Below, one piece after another: positions 63,999-64,000 of a stretch of DNA of 64,000 bases (positions within the stretch are counted from its first letter, which is position 1; every line of letters begins with the position of its first letter). Below the pieces are notes generated by a model that had not been told where the DNA came from, did no database searches, and was given only the letters and a program-made list of their open reading frames with translations. The translations under genes were made by a program, and so were the position numbers. This DNA is from an uncultured virus (IMG/VR IMGVR_UViG_3300042397_001164) (taxonomy: Duplodnaviria > Heunggongvirae > Uroviricota > Caudoviricetes > Crassvirales). The stretch lies in the IMG/VR virus record IMGVR_UViG_3300042397_001164. One strand, written 5' to 3'.

Positions 63999-64000
63999 TA

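Overview
This window covers most of an AT-rich tailed dsDNA phage genome read in the standard genetic code. It is very likely a podovirus of a Bacteroidota host: Bacteroidota-type TAnnTTTG promoters occur throughout, there is a DUF4373 initiator and a BT4734/VirE-N primase-helicase, and the terminase-portal-scaffold-capsid-ring-muzzle gene order is crAss-like. Layout: (i) ~0.4-8.3 kb, a + strand array of small early genes joined by a repeated stop-to-start spacer. (ii) ~8.2-22.1 kb, a glycan-modification region (glycosyltransferases, methyltransferases, sulfotransferase, APS kinase, nucleotidyltransferase) interrupted by a lysis cassette. (iii) ~22.2-58.2 kb, the - strand morphogenesis arm: 2516-aa tail fibre, ejection proteins, ferritin, split muzzle protein, rings, GroES, MCP, portal and TerL. 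(iv) ~58.3-64 kb, two paralogous small proteins, SSB, primase-helicase, initiator with a probable origin, an HTH regulator and NinG. The most striking signal is an apparently self-contained virion protein O-glycosylation and sulfation system. It comprises two candidate protein O-glycosyltransferases (one resembling plant HPAT/SGT1, one resembling TibC/AAH autotransporter heptosyltransferases), further GTs and methyltransferases, and a mini PAPS/sulfotransferase module. These sit alongside mucin-like Thr stalks and Ser/Thr Gly-X-Y and beta-helix repeats on at least five probable virion proteins. All family assignments come from motif recognition by eye; no database searches were run.
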